From a virus, in IMG/VR virus record IMGVR_UViG_3300045988_166695, positions 1-58,545 of that record: a DNA stretch of 58,545 nt. One strand, written 5' to 3'. Of the stretch, positions 38,163-46,610 are shown piece by piece. Position 1 is the first letter of the stretch. The number at the start of each line of letters is the position of its first letter. Both the position numbers and the translations under genes were made by a program. Under the pieces are notes generated by a model, which worked only from the letters and a program-made list of their open reading frames with translations, was not told the origin of the DNA and ran no database searches.

Positions 38163-38531
38163 TCAGTCTCCTTTCTCTTTAATCCGTTTCAACACATCTT
38201 TGTTGGCTTCCAGTATTTCATCGAAAGAAGGAATAGGCATCCAGTGAGTGACGTCCCAAGCTCTAATTGTTTCATAGGAGTAATTGTCATTCCAGAAATA
38301 TATATTACTATCTTCTTCTATATCATAACATGCAAGCCTAACAACACCGTCTTTAAGTCTTATTAATACAGGATCTCCTTCTTCCGGCAACCGTTCTTTC
38401 ACGCTTATCCACGGTGATTTCTTAGTACCATCCACAAAACCTTTCGCATATACTTGTCGAAGATAAACTTCAATCACATACGGTTGGTTTATCCGGTTAG
38501 CCAATTGATTTATTATATCTTTCAACTTCAT
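38163..38531 (-). CDS. DUF551-like phage protein
   Basis: WISVKERLPEEGDPVLIRLKDG. Confidence 0.65.
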   Translation of the reverse strand: MKLKDIINQLANRINQPYVIEVYLRQVYAKGFVDGTKKSPWISVKERLPEEGDPVLIRLKDGVVRLACYDIEEDSNIYFWNDNYSYETIRAWDVTHWMPIPSFDEILEANKDVLKRIKEKGD

Positions 38532-38553
38532 TTCTCTTTATTTTTTATTGGAA

Positions 38554-38733
38554 TCAAGCCCAATATTTTCCGAAACGATTGCATTTTATTATTTCATCTA
38601 ATTTCAATTGTTTCCGACGGAACTTATTTATAGCCCGTTTCTCAAACTTTCTTTTTTTAGAACTGCAATGCTTCTTATCCATTCGACATTGGTAACAATG
38701 ACATATTCCAATGCCTGTATGTGATTCTTTCAT
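38554..38733 (-). CDS. Small basic Cys-rich protein (59 aa)
   Basis: MKESHTGIGICHCYQCRMDKKHCSSKKRKFEKRAINKFRRKQL... It is below the ORF-track cutoff. Confidence 0.35.
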   Translation of the reverse strand: MKESHTGIGICHCYQCRMDKKHCSSKKRKFEKRAINKFRRKQLKLDEIIKCNRFGKYWA

Positions 38734-38743
38734 ATATTTCTTA

Positions 38744-38911
38744 TTAAGAATTTAACTTTTCATATCTAAATCCGAAACACCATTTCATCATTCTGCGTTG
38801 CAGCCAATTCATGGGTTTAAAAACAGGGATAATTGATTTGGTGTATTCATGTACTAATTGAGCGACAGCCTTTGGTTGCTCAAAGAAAAAGGATGTCTGT
38901 TTTTCGTTCAT
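38744..38911 (-). CDS. Small hypothetical protein (55 aa)
   Basis: MNEKQTSFFFEQPKAVAQLVHEYTKSIIPVFKPMNWLQRRMMKWCFGFRYEKLNS. Confidence 0.3.
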   Translation of the reverse strand: MNEKQTSFFFEQPKAVAQLVHEYTKSIIPVFKPMNWLQRRMMKWCFGFRYEKLNS

Positions 38912-38923
38912 ATTTATCTTGTT

Positions 38924-39172
38924 TTACTTCAATTTACGCATCAATAAAACATCACAATATGTATCAGCATCTATTTTTTTTGAACATATCGTTTTGATTT
39001 CAAAGCCAGCTTCAAAAATTTCCGTAAGCAGATTATCAGCTAAAAAAGAACCTCTTATTGCAATGTACTCCCCAGGCAGTGTTAAACCTGATATTTCTTC
39101 CTGTACCCAATATCTAACCCACGTATGTGCACCATAATTAGCAATATTGAAAATAATTTTTTCTATATCCAT
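38924..39172 (-). CDS. Hypothetical protein
   Basis: I prefer the ATG at 39170..39172 (MDIEKIIF..). Confidence 0.5.
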   Translation of the reverse strand: MDIEKIIFNIANYGAHTWVRYWVQEEISGLTLPGEYIAIRGSFLADNLLTEIFEAGFEIKTICSKKIDADTYCDVLLMRKLK

Positions 39173-39183
39173 ATTTGTATAGT

Positions 39184-39426
39184 TTAGAGGTATTTCTTTA
39201 GTTCTTCTCGATCTATAAAAAAGGCACATGCCATATACTTGCCTGGTAAACCCATTGTCTGGGCGAATGCATCATCTCCGCAAACTTTTTCAGTCCCAAA
39301 GCCAACGATTGAGCCGCGCGGATCATCTTTAACATCGACTATCGTAGTGGTCATTATCAAACCTTTATTGTCATCTGCTGCCATTCTCTTAATAGCATCC
39401 AGAATTTTATTACCATCACTATTCAT
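39184..39426 (-). CDS. Hypothetical protein
   Basis: 80-aa ORF. Confidence 0.55.
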   Translation of the reverse strand: MNSDGNKILDAIKRMAADDNKGLIMTTTIVDVKDDPRGSIVGFGTEKVCGDDAFAQTMGLPGKYMACAFFIDREELKKYL

Positions 39427-39472
39427 TTCTACTCTGTTATTAGTTAATTATTTTTTATCTTCATTGGTTGAT

Positions 39473-39718
39473 CTACTCGCAGAGAGCTACCCGAATTCCG
39501 GAACGTATCAGTTTTGTTAGGTGATTGTCAAGTTCATTGCATGGAAAACGTATCATCAGGAGCGTTTGGCTATACCCGTAGGTCTGTTTTTTGATGTCAA
39601 TGTTCAAAACTTTGGAAGCGATTGCTGCATCGTTCGCATACATTTCACAAAAATCTGCTTTCCTGAAAATTAATAGGTAGTCTGGATGCTTCTCTTTTAT
39701 TTCGTAATATCCCTCCAT
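39473..39718 (-). CDS. Stand-alone MutS domain I (mismatch-binding domain)-like protein
   Basis: YYEIKEKHPDYLLIFRKADFCEMYANDAAIASKVLNI...IRSGIRVALCE aligns with E. coli MutS residues ~14-94, including the F-x-E motif. Confidence 0.75.
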   Translation of the reverse strand: MEGYYEIKEKHPDYLLIFRKADFCEMYANDAAIASKVLNIDIKKQTYGYSQTLLMIRFPCNELDNHLTKLIRSGIRVALCE

Positions 39719-39761
39719 TACTGTCTATTTTTTTTAACATAATGTTTGTAGTACATGATAA

Positions 39762-40415
39762 TCAATGATAGATACTATGATTTTTCCATCCCTCTTGTTG
39801 GCAATTGGCTGGGAAATAAATACCTGTGTAAACAAGATAACGATATAATGTTCCCTTTGACACTTTCAAATTCTTAGCTATAAAAGTTTTTTCTGTTCCT
39901 TTAGCCAATTCTTTTACAATATAATCATGTTTGTTGGCACATTTGGGATTAAGTCTACAGCGAAAGCCACGACGATGACCGAGCATTGCCCCTTCTGCTT
40001 TTTTTCTAGCTAATGCCTCTTTTGTACGTTGACTGATAAGATTACGTTCAATCTCAGCTGACAATCCGAAAGCAAAGGCAAGAACTTTACTTTGTATATC
40101 TTCCCCAAGTCGATAGTTATCTTTAATTGTCCACACTTTGCATCCCTTTGTCATACAGATATTCAAGATTTCCATAATCATAAAGAGATTACGTCCAAGA
40201 CGTGAAAGTTCACTACAGATGATAATATCATCTTTGCGTACTTTACGTAGTAAACGTCCAAGCTGTCGTTTTGTGTAATTTTTCGTTCCACTAATAGTTT
40301 CTTCAATCCAATCGCCAATTGTTAACTCATTAATTTTACAGAAATTACTTATCTCAAAACGTTGGTTTTCTACAGTTTGTTTATCACTACTTACTCTAAT
40401 GTATCCGTAAATCAT
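39762..40415 (-). CDS. Small serine recombinase (resolvase/invertase family)
   Basis: MIYGYIRVSSDKQTVENQ with the catalytic Ser, SELSRLGRN, and a C-terminal HTH VSKGTLYRYL. Confidence 0.9.
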   Translation of the reverse strand: MIYGYIRVSSDKQTVENQRFEISNFCKINELTIGDWIEETISGTKNYTKRQLGRLLRKVRKDDIIICSELSRLGRNLFMIMEILNICMTKGCKVWTIKDNYRLGEDIQSKVLAFAFGLSAEIERNLISQRTKEALARKKAEGAMLGHRRGFRCRLNPKCANKHDYIVKELAKGTEKTFIAKNLKVSKGTLYRYLVYTGIYFPANCQQEGWKNHSIYH

Positions 40416-40424
40416 AATATATAT

Positions 40425-40811
40425 TTATTTCTCCATGTTAACTAAATCACACCAAGTATTATCGTTTTCCCAAAACCATTGATACCCACCAGCATGTTTA
40501 CGCTTGCCGAAACAACAGCTAACTATATTCTGTACACATATTCCATTTCTTCTGCCAGCCTCGCAGGCTGAATGATAAACGCCCACAAGTTTGTCTTTTT
40601 CAATCGCAACAACAGGCTTTGCATTCCATCCCGCTATCCGACAGGTTCGTACAAGATTCTTCGTTCCGATTCGTTTTATCTTTTCGGCTTTATCTAAGTC
40701 CATGTAATCTGAAATCTTTTTCCCCTTATTGTGAGGAATGTGACCTTTTAAAAACTTACCAGTAATTAAGTTCCTCGTAGGGCGTTCAATAGGTATATAT
40801 AATTCACTCAT
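40425..40811 (-). CDS. NUMOD-type DNA-binding protein (homing-endonuclease-related, no catalytic motif seen)
   Basis: IPHNKGKKIS is NUMOD3-like. The C-terminus SACEAGRRNGICVQNIVSCCFGKRKHAGGYQWFW resembles the C-terminus of 49789..50427. Confidence 0.5.
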   Translation of the reverse strand: MSELYIPIERPTRNLITGKFLKGHIPHNKGKKISDYMDLDKAEKIKRIGTKNLVRTCRIAGWNAKPVVAIEKDKLVGVYHSACEAGRRNGICVQNIVSCCFGKRKHAGGYQWFWENDNTWCDLVNMEK

Positions 40812-40831
40812 TTCTGTTTAGTTTTAAACGT

Positions 40832-40981
40832 TTATAATTTACTATAAATCAATATCAACCAACCAATAATATTTAATAAGCAGGACATCAGGGTTGAATC
40901 GTCCCTGTCTCGAAAGTTAGCCACAATCGAAGCAATAAAGACAAACATTGCAGCCAAACGAAGAAGTATTCTTGGGTCCAT
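40832..40981 (-). CDS. Small membrane protein (49 aa)
   Basis: MDPRILLRLAAMFVFIASIVANFRDRDDSTLMSCLLNIIGWLILIYSKL. Confidence 0.3.
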   Translation of the reverse strand: MDPRILLRLAAMFVFIASIVANFRDRDDSTLMSCLLNIIGWLILIYSKL

Positions 40982-40999
40982 TTTACTAAGTTTTAATGG

Positions 41000-41392
41000 T
41001 TACTTATTCTCAAAAACATGCGCAAACACACACTTTTCATCAGACAGCTCCAAGCCGAGTTGCGACGGATACCGTTTGATATAATTATAGAACTCAAACA
41101 TCTTCTTGTCATCATCACCGCAGCGATCTATTAACAGCTTAATGAAGGCAAGAAGACAATCGGAGTCATTCCCGAAGTTTTCCTGTGTAGAGAGCTGCGT
41201 TTTGTCAACGTCAAGCTTCAATTTACGGATGGAGGAAATCGCAGTGTTGAAGTTGCGTTTTGCATCATGACGCAATTCATAGCCTTGTTTTCCCATTTCA
41301 CTTCTCAAATCGTAGAGAAGCGTTTCTACGACATCGGTCAACACATAGGTTAGGTTGAGCGTCGTATTAAGATTTGTTGTTCCTACTAACAT
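41000..41392 (-). CDS. Hypothetical protein
   Basis: 130-aa ORF. Confidence 0.6.
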   Translation of the reverse strand: MLVGTTNLNTTLNLTYVLTDVVETLLYDLRSEMGKQGYELRHDAKRNFNTAISSIRKLKLDVDKTQLSTQENFGNDSDCLLAFIKLLIDRCGDDDKKMFEFYNYIKRYPSQLGLELSDEKCVFAHVFENK

Positions 41393-41396
41393 GATT

Positions 41397-41582
41397 TTAT
41401 TTATTTCTTAAGCTTATAAAGCCTCGTTTAACCAACTCCATCAGATCCGGTATATCCTCTTCGCTTATTTCTGCCTGAGTCTCACCATTGACAGACATAT
41501 AGTGAGGAATGCCAAATCGATCACGGATTCTCTTACGGATAACAGGAGTAGACTTGTTCTCCCAGTAGATAGTTACTTTCAT
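41397..41582 (-). CDS. Hypothetical protein
   Basis: 61-aa ORF with a 4-nt overlap with the upstream gene. Confidence 0.5.
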   Translation of the reverse strand: MKVTIYWENKSTPVIRKRIRDRFGIPHYMSVNGETQAEISEEDIPDLMELVKRGFISLRNK

Positions 41583-42199
41583 GGTGGCTGCTTTAATAGT
41601 TCAAGAGCTTCAGTATCCCCGGATTCTGCACGACGTTTCAGAGCCTGATATTCACCATACGTGATTCCATTTCCACTCTCTGGAGGATATAAAGGCTTAA
41701 ATTTATCCTTCTCTTTAATGCTTTCCTCTTGTGCAATCGTATCACGATGAATATCGTATTTGATAAGCCAATTCATAATAACTTCCCCATCCATACGACC
41801 AAATATCTGTCCAAATACGCCTTTCTTAGCCATATTGAAAAACAACTTAAAGTCTTCCTGGATATAATGGGGATATGATTCTATTATCAAATTTATGGTA
41901 TCTCCCACCTGTAATGCATCCATTGATCCATTGACAGAGTAAAAATGAAGAAATCTGTTCAACCATTTGACCATTAAAGCCCGTAGATATTCTCCACCAA
42001 ACTCTTTTTCTATAGTCGAAATAGACAAACAGACGCTATCCTGAGCCTGAAACACATCAAGGACATTCTTGGGCCTAATGCTGTCCCAATATAGCATCGG
42101 CGAGGTCTTCAAGAGACTGACGGCTTGATGCTTTGTCTTGGGCAACTCTCCCACCGGTATAAGTTCCTGTGATTGATATTGAATTACTTGATTTTCCAT
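41579..42199 (-). CDS. Hypothetical replication-module protein (start uncertain)
   Basis: The track ORF runs to 42229. Every candidate start overlaps the 3' end of 42075..42944. Confidence 0.5.
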   Translation of the reverse strand: MENQVIQYQSQELIPVGELPKTKHQAVSLLKTSPMLYWDSIRPKNVLDVFQAQDSVCLSISTIEKEFGGEYLRALMVKWLNRFLHFYSVNGSMDALQVGDTINLIIESYPHYIQEDFKLFFNMAKKGVFGQIFGRMDGEVIMNWLIKYDIHRDTIAQEESIKEKDKFKPLYPPESGNGITYGEYQALKRRAESGDTEALELLKQPP

Positions 42200-42944
42200 T
42201 AAATTTTTCTCTATTAGCCCACGTAGCAAGTCTTTTCGCTACTTCCCACGTTTGATTAGTTTCAAATTTCATTTTGGTTTCTGACTTGTTAAGTTCAGAC
42301 CAGTAGTCGAAGAAAGCACGTATCATCTCCTTTCCGTATCTTTCTACATACGGAATTAAAGACTGATAGAAAACATCTCTTCGTTTGAGTGTAGCAGCTT
42401 TAGCTGCGGCAAGTTTCTTAGCTTGTTCGGCTTTCTTTTCCTCTACGTTAGTAGAGGTTTCTTTACTTTCTTTTTTATTTCTCTTTACCTTTACTTTACT
42501 TTGTTCATTATCACTGTTATTAATTGAATTATTTGCATGATTAATTGAATTATTTGTGCAATCAATTAAATATTCTGGAATTATAGTAGTTTCTTTTCGT
42601 TGATAAGTAGCAAGAAGAAATCTCTTTTGAATGCCGGAAGATGTGAGTATCTTGTATTTTTCGTAAAGCGTATTGTCGAAAAAACCGACCTGCAATGCTT
42701 TTATCAACACTTCCTTTACTGCGCCCTCGGAAACCCCAACTGTGTCAGCAATAACAAAAGGCAAATCTTCATCCCACAATATGTAATACCCCTCATCTTT
42801 GTAGATATTACATAGCAGGCAAATAAGTATAGAAGTGGATTGAGAACCACATGCTCGCGAAATCTTCCTTATCTTAACGTCCGAAAAGAAACCGACATCC
42901 ATAGGGAAATAGTCTATCCCTTGTTTTGTAGGTCTGCCAGCCAT
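42075..42944 (-). CDS. DUF4373 (Lin1244/Lin1753-like) replication-associated protein
   Basis: MAGRPTKQGIDYFPMDVGFFSDVKIRKISRACGSQSTSILICLLCNIY. Confidence 0.65.
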   Translation of the reverse strand: MAGRPTKQGIDYFPMDVGFFSDVKIRKISRACGSQSTSILICLLCNIYKDEGYYILWDEDLPFVIADTVGVSEGAVKEVLIKALQVGFFDNTLYEKYKILTSSGIQKRFLLATYQRKETTIIPEYLIDCTNNSINHANNSINNSDNEQSKVKVKRNKKESKETSTNVEEKKAEQAKKLAAAKAATLKRRDVFYQSLIPYVERYGKEMIRAFFDYWSELNKSETKMKFETNQTWEVAKRLATWANREKFNGKSSNSISITGTYTGGRVAQDKASSRQSLEDLADAILGQH

Positions 42945-42970
42945 GTTACTTAGGTTTAAAACTCATATTT

Positions 42971-45229
42971 CTAAAATCTCACGTTAGTTAATTGTCTACC
43001 ATTAGAAAATACAGCCCATTTCCCATTGCCGCTATCAAATAACCGCAAATCCGACACCTCACCGAAGCGTTTGATGTTTCCACATAAATCTACAATCCAT
43101 CCAACCTCTTTCTGAGGATGTGGACGAATAGCCCGACCAACTATCTGATACCACATAGCAAGTGACATCGTAGGACGGGCCATAACAACCGTATCAAGCT
43201 CGGGATAATCGAATCCACAAACCAGTACACCTACATTCGCCACTACTGGTATTTCTCCAGCCTTGAACGCTTCGAGTATTCTTTCACGCTCGCCTTTTGG
43301 AGTATCACCGGAAACAATGACACATCCGGGAATGGACCATGTAAGCTGTTCAGCTTCTTTCAAGAATCGGGTAAATACTAAAATGCCTTTTCTCTTACCA
43401 CCTGCTTTTGGATTCATCAGCCTTTGGACGATATGAACGAGATAACCGTAGAAGTCTATTCGTTCATATTCCTTTTGGATTGATTTATCCGTATAGTCGG
43501 CGCCAGTGGTATTTACCTTCAAATTGAGTTCATTCCACCCTGAAGGATTCATCGGATAGTAATTCAACTTTGCCAAATATCCCATATCTAAGAGAGTTGA
43601 TACCTGTACATGGTAAATGACCTCTGAAAAGACATGAGGCTTTGTCCGAGTGATGAATTTCAGCATGGAGCCGAAGTCACGTGAGGAAGACAATCTATAA
43701 GGAGTTGCCGTCAAGCCAAGAACCTTACACTTCACCGCATTGAAGAAATCCTTGTACATCCCCTCTTTAGGGTTAACAAGGTGGCATTCGTCCACGATGA
43801 TGTTCTTGAAGTGGGTGAACAGTTCAGGATGGTTCTTCACGCTGCCTATGGTGGCAAATGTTATCCGGCTTATCTCCTTTGAGTTGAAAGAAGCTGAATA
43901 GATACTGCAATCAAGAATGCCGTATGAACAGAGTTTCTTAAAGTTCTGTTCGAGTATTTCCTTGCTCGGCTGAAACACCAAGGTATGTCCATCAAGTCTT
44001 GCGGCTATATCCGCTATAATAAGGCTCTTTCCGCTGTTATGGTGTATGAAGAATTGACCATCGCAGTATAAATGATTACCATCAATCGTGAAACCATAAT
44101 AATTACCACGTCCTAAGTATTTTACGGTAAATCCTGTTACAAGAACACTTTTCTTTTGTAAACGTGGTTTTCCTTTTCTGATTTTAACTTTGGTAGGTAT
44201 TATGTCAAGTTTTCCAGTTATCGACATACGGTAATACGTTTCACCATTTACTATTTTCCATGTTTTAGTGCCACAGAAAAGACCAAGAGAACGACATAAG
44301 AATATTATATCATCTGCTAGTTGCTCTGATTTGGTGCAATATTCATAGGTGTTTTTGTTGTTGTCGTAATAGGAATCTGTATCAAGCAATCCTGCAAGTA
44401 ACTCTAATCTATCGCATTTTGAAGCTGTCTTATAATGAGTTGGAATGAATTTGAACGCAGAAGTCAATCCTGTAAGCCCCAATTCATCCAAGAATACTAT
44501 AATTGGATTAGGATTCGCACGGCTAACTTTAATATTTGAAAGGCTGTAAGTAGAAGCTAAATTATTTTTCTTTGTGGCTTTTCTTACTTTCATACCATAC
44601 CTTGCAGCAAAAGAATATAGAAAATCCTCCACTTCTTTCCGTTGAGAGGTTATATCAATACCATTGACAGAACAACCGTCACCAAGATAAAGACCAAGGA
44701 AATAAGGTTCAATCACAGACTTTGTTTCGTTGCCGAAATCTACAAAATCCGGCTTCCTTAACTTATGAAGATGTTTGTAATTGTTGCTTGTTTTAAGATA
44801 TTCCTCTACGGAAATTTCGTCAATCCTCGGCATACATGATGGAAAGTTCTTACCCTCATTCGTTTTATACAAAGAAAGTATATGACCGCCATTAACGACA
44901 AATGGTTCACCTTTTATTGGTGTAATCTCATAAAGTTTATCTACACCTCTATGAAGCTCCAATACGGTACGTTTATTACCATCATCGCCAACAAGCTCGT
45001 CATCGACTTTTACATCTTCAACATACTTGATTGAACCGTCATACATTAGGATTTTAGAGCCTTTTGCGTGGCATCCAGTCGGAAGAACCATAATCGCATT
45101 GCTCTTTTTGTTAGAACAGAAGAAAGATACAGCAGAATCGCTCGCCTTTTGCTGGTAATCCCTCAACTTAAAAGTTGTGGTAACGGTACTATTATTCACG
45201 TTATCACCTAATTCATTGTACTTTGGCAT
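42971..45229 (-). CDS. SF2 (DEAD/DEAH-type) helicase interrupted by an intein in the P-loop
   Basis: Motif I is split as LPTG / SGKS. Motif II is VDECH and motif III is LTATP. I prefer the ATG at 45227..45229 (MPKYNELG..). Confidence 0.85.
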   Translation of the reverse strand: MPKYNELGDNVNNSTVTTTFKLRDYQQKASDSAVSFFCSNKKSNAIMVLPTGCHAKGSKILMYDGSIKYVEDVKVDDELVGDDGNKRTVLELHRGVDKLYEITPIKGEPFVVNGGHILSLYKTNEGKNFPSCMPRIDEISVEEYLKTSNNYKHLHKLRKPDFVDFGNETKSVIEPYFLGLYLGDGCSVNGIDITSQRKEVEDFLYSFAARYGMKVRKATKKNNLASTYSLSNIKVSRANPNPIIVFLDELGLTGLTSAFKFIPTHYKTASKCDRLELLAGLLDTDSYYDNNKNTYEYCTKSEQLADDIIFLCRSLGLFCGTKTWKIVNGETYYRMSITGKLDIIPTKVKIRKGKPRLQKKSVLVTGFTVKYLGRGNYYGFTIDGNHLYCDGQFFIHHNSGKSLIIADIAARLDGHTLVFQPSKEILEQNFKKLCSYGILDCSIYSASFNSKEISRITFATIGSVKNHPELFTHFKNIIVDECHLVNPKEGMYKDFFNAVKCKVLGLTATPYRLSSSRDFGSMLKFITRTKPHVFSEVIYHVQVSTLLDMGYLAKLNYYPMNPSGWNELNLKVNTTGADYTDKSIQKEYERIDFYGYLVHIVQRLMNPKAGGKRKGILVFTRFLKEAEQLTWSIPGCVIVSGDTPKGERERILEAFKAGEIPVVANVGVLVCGFDYPELDTVVMARPTMSLAMWYQIVGRAIRPHPQKEVGWIVDLCGNIKRFGEVSDLRLFDSGNGKWAVFSNGRQLTNVRF
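44036..45073 (-). mobile_element. Intein with a LAGLIDADG homing-endonuclease domain (346 aa)
   Basis: It starts CHAKGSKILMYDG and ends FFIHHN, followed by a +1 Ser. The two LAGLIDADG motifs are LGLYLGDGC and LLAGLLDTDS. Confidence 0.8.
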
Positions 45230-45409
45230 TTTGTGAATGAATTTAGTTGATATAAGAAAGGCTATCGCCTCCCATACTCGCCAAAGTACAATTACCACGT
45301 GAATGTAGTAACCACTGGGATTTGATAGCCCTATGCAGTGCTAAATAAGCGTCAATAATAGCATAAAAAATAGCTACTACTTTCACGAATGAAATGTACT
45401 TTGGCATTG

Positions 45410-45417
45410 CAAATATA
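45410..45417 (-). promoter_or_regulatory. Bacteroides-type -7 box TATATTTG (minus strand) upstream of the helicase gene
   Basis: The plus strand reads CAAATATA. It lies in the non-coding insert between the relic fragment and the helicase start. Confidence 0.3.
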
Positions 45418-45453
45418 GTTATTATTTTCATTATTTCAATGATTTATTTGATT

Positions 45454-45570
45454 TTATTTTCCCGATCCCGTAGGTAACACCATGATAGCATTTGTTTTCT
45501 TCGCCTTGTTGTTGAAGAAAGAAACGGCAGCATCAGAGGCTTTCTGTTGGTAATCACGTAGTTTGTACAT
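45454..45570 (-). pseudogene. Relic 5' fragment of an intein-free helicase allele (38 codons)
   Basis: MYKLRDYQQKASDAAVSFFNNKAKKTNAIMVLPTGSGK then a stop. It parallels residues FKLRDYQQKASDSAVSFFCSNKKSNAIMVLPTG of the full gene but carries an uninterrupted P-loop. Confidence 0.6.
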
Positions 45571-45730
45571 ATCTATCTTCTGATTTAATGATAAAAGGGG
45601 AATCCTCACTAAGTTTGGACAGAAATGCCCGAATTATATAAGCCTGTTCCTTACTTAATCCAACCGGAGAGAATGAACCATCATCATTCTTGACCATCAT
45701 GACAAATGTTCCTGCTTCCAAATCATTCAT
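45554..45730 (-). CDS. Small hypothetical protein (58 aa)
   Basis: MNDLEAGTFVMMVKNDDGSFSPVGLSKEQAYIIRAFLSKLSEDSPFIIKSEDRYVQTT. Its start shares an ATGA overlap with the NinG-like stop. Confidence 0.4.
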   Translation of the reverse strand: MNDLEAGTFVMMVKNDDGSFSPVGLSKEQAYIIRAFLSKLSEDSPFIIKSEDRYVQTT

Positions 45731-46206
45731 ATCCCTTTCTCCTTTCGTAACTTCTTATTAAGTGCCTTGTAATACTTGATTAGCTGCTCGTACTCAAAAT
45801 CAGACATCTTAGAAGTACCAGCAGCTTTCACTTTCAGCAAGTCAAATTTCTGTTGTCCGATTTTAGCAATTAGATTCACCCGATAGCCTTCCAAATGGTC
45901 AGCTTTGAACCTGTTGCAGTGTCGGCATTCGGCATGACAATTATCTTCATCGAAACGTGTCGCCAGATGTGTGCGACTGAAATAGTGTCCGCAGTCAGCT
46001 TGCCCGAATGGTTTTATCTGTCCACATGAGATACAGCGAAAGTACCCGTTCGGCATTGCATCACGAAGCCGGATAAAAAGGGAAAACTCCTTGTCGAGCT
46101 TAGCTTTCAAATCCGGCTTCTTCTTTACTGTTATCCCTGCTTTATCAAACAAGGGTAAAGGCTTGTCTTTCTTCTTAGCCTTTGTTCGTTTTATGTAGTA
46201 CGGCAT
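45727..46206 (-). CDS. ninG: NinG/Rap-like recombination endonuclease
   Basis: FSLFIRLRDA...CISCGQ...CGHYFSR...NCHAECRHCN. Confidence 0.75.
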   Translation of the reverse strand: MPYYIKRTKAKKKDKPLPLFDKAGITVKKKPDLKAKLDKEFSLFIRLRDAMPNGYFRCISCGQIKPFGQADCGHYFSRTHLATRFDEDNCHAECRHCNRFKADHLEGYRVNLIAKIGQQKFDLLKVKAAGTSKMSDFEYEQLIKYYKALNKKLRKEKGI

Positions 46207-46610
46207 TCTACTATTGGTTTACATAGTTCAACAACTCGTTTGCAATCCTCCACATCGAACATTCCAATGTGACAAACCTCATGTGGTATGTTTAGTTGGT
46301 TAGATAACCATAAATAGGATTTGTTCCTGTTTGAGGTATTAGGAATGTACTCTTTCCAAATTTTATTAATAAGTCCAGTTTTCGCTATTTGGTCGAAATA
46401 GAAATGGGCTTCTTTCTTAGCTTCTCTTAATTCCGCATTTGCCAAACGTCCTAATGCTTGGTCTGTACCCTTATGTACACCAACGTAAGCTCTACAATCA
46501 CGACACAGATAAATCATGCCGTAGGAGCGTCCGTAGATTATGGAACTATCCATGTATTCAGTTGGCTTACCACAATAAGGACAAATCTTGCCAGTTAATA
46601 TTTCATTCAT
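46191..46610 (-). CDS. Zinc-ribbon protein (DUF3268-like)
   Basis: CPYCGKPTEY...YLCRDCRAYVGVHKGT. I prefer the ATG at 46608..46610. Confidence 0.5.
   Translation of the reverse strand: MNEILTGKICPYCGKPTEYMDSSIIYGRSYGMIYLCRDCRAYVGVHKGTDQALGRLANAELREAKKEAHFYFDQIAKTGLINKIWKEYIPNTSNRNKSYLWLSNQLNIPHEVCHIGMFDVEDCKRVVELCKPIVECRTT

Noticed and set aside
42075-42229. 155-nt overlap between 42075..42944 and 41579..42229, considered as a second programmed frameshift
   Set aside because: I found no slippery heptamer, and internal ATGs at 42199 and 42097 shorten the overlap. It is most simply an uncertain start site.
45243-45431. 62-aa minus-strand ORF between the helicase relic and the helicase gene
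   Set aside because: It runs through a promoter-like box and the duplicated ATGCCAAAGTACA start sequence. It looks like chance read-through of junction DNA rather than a gene.
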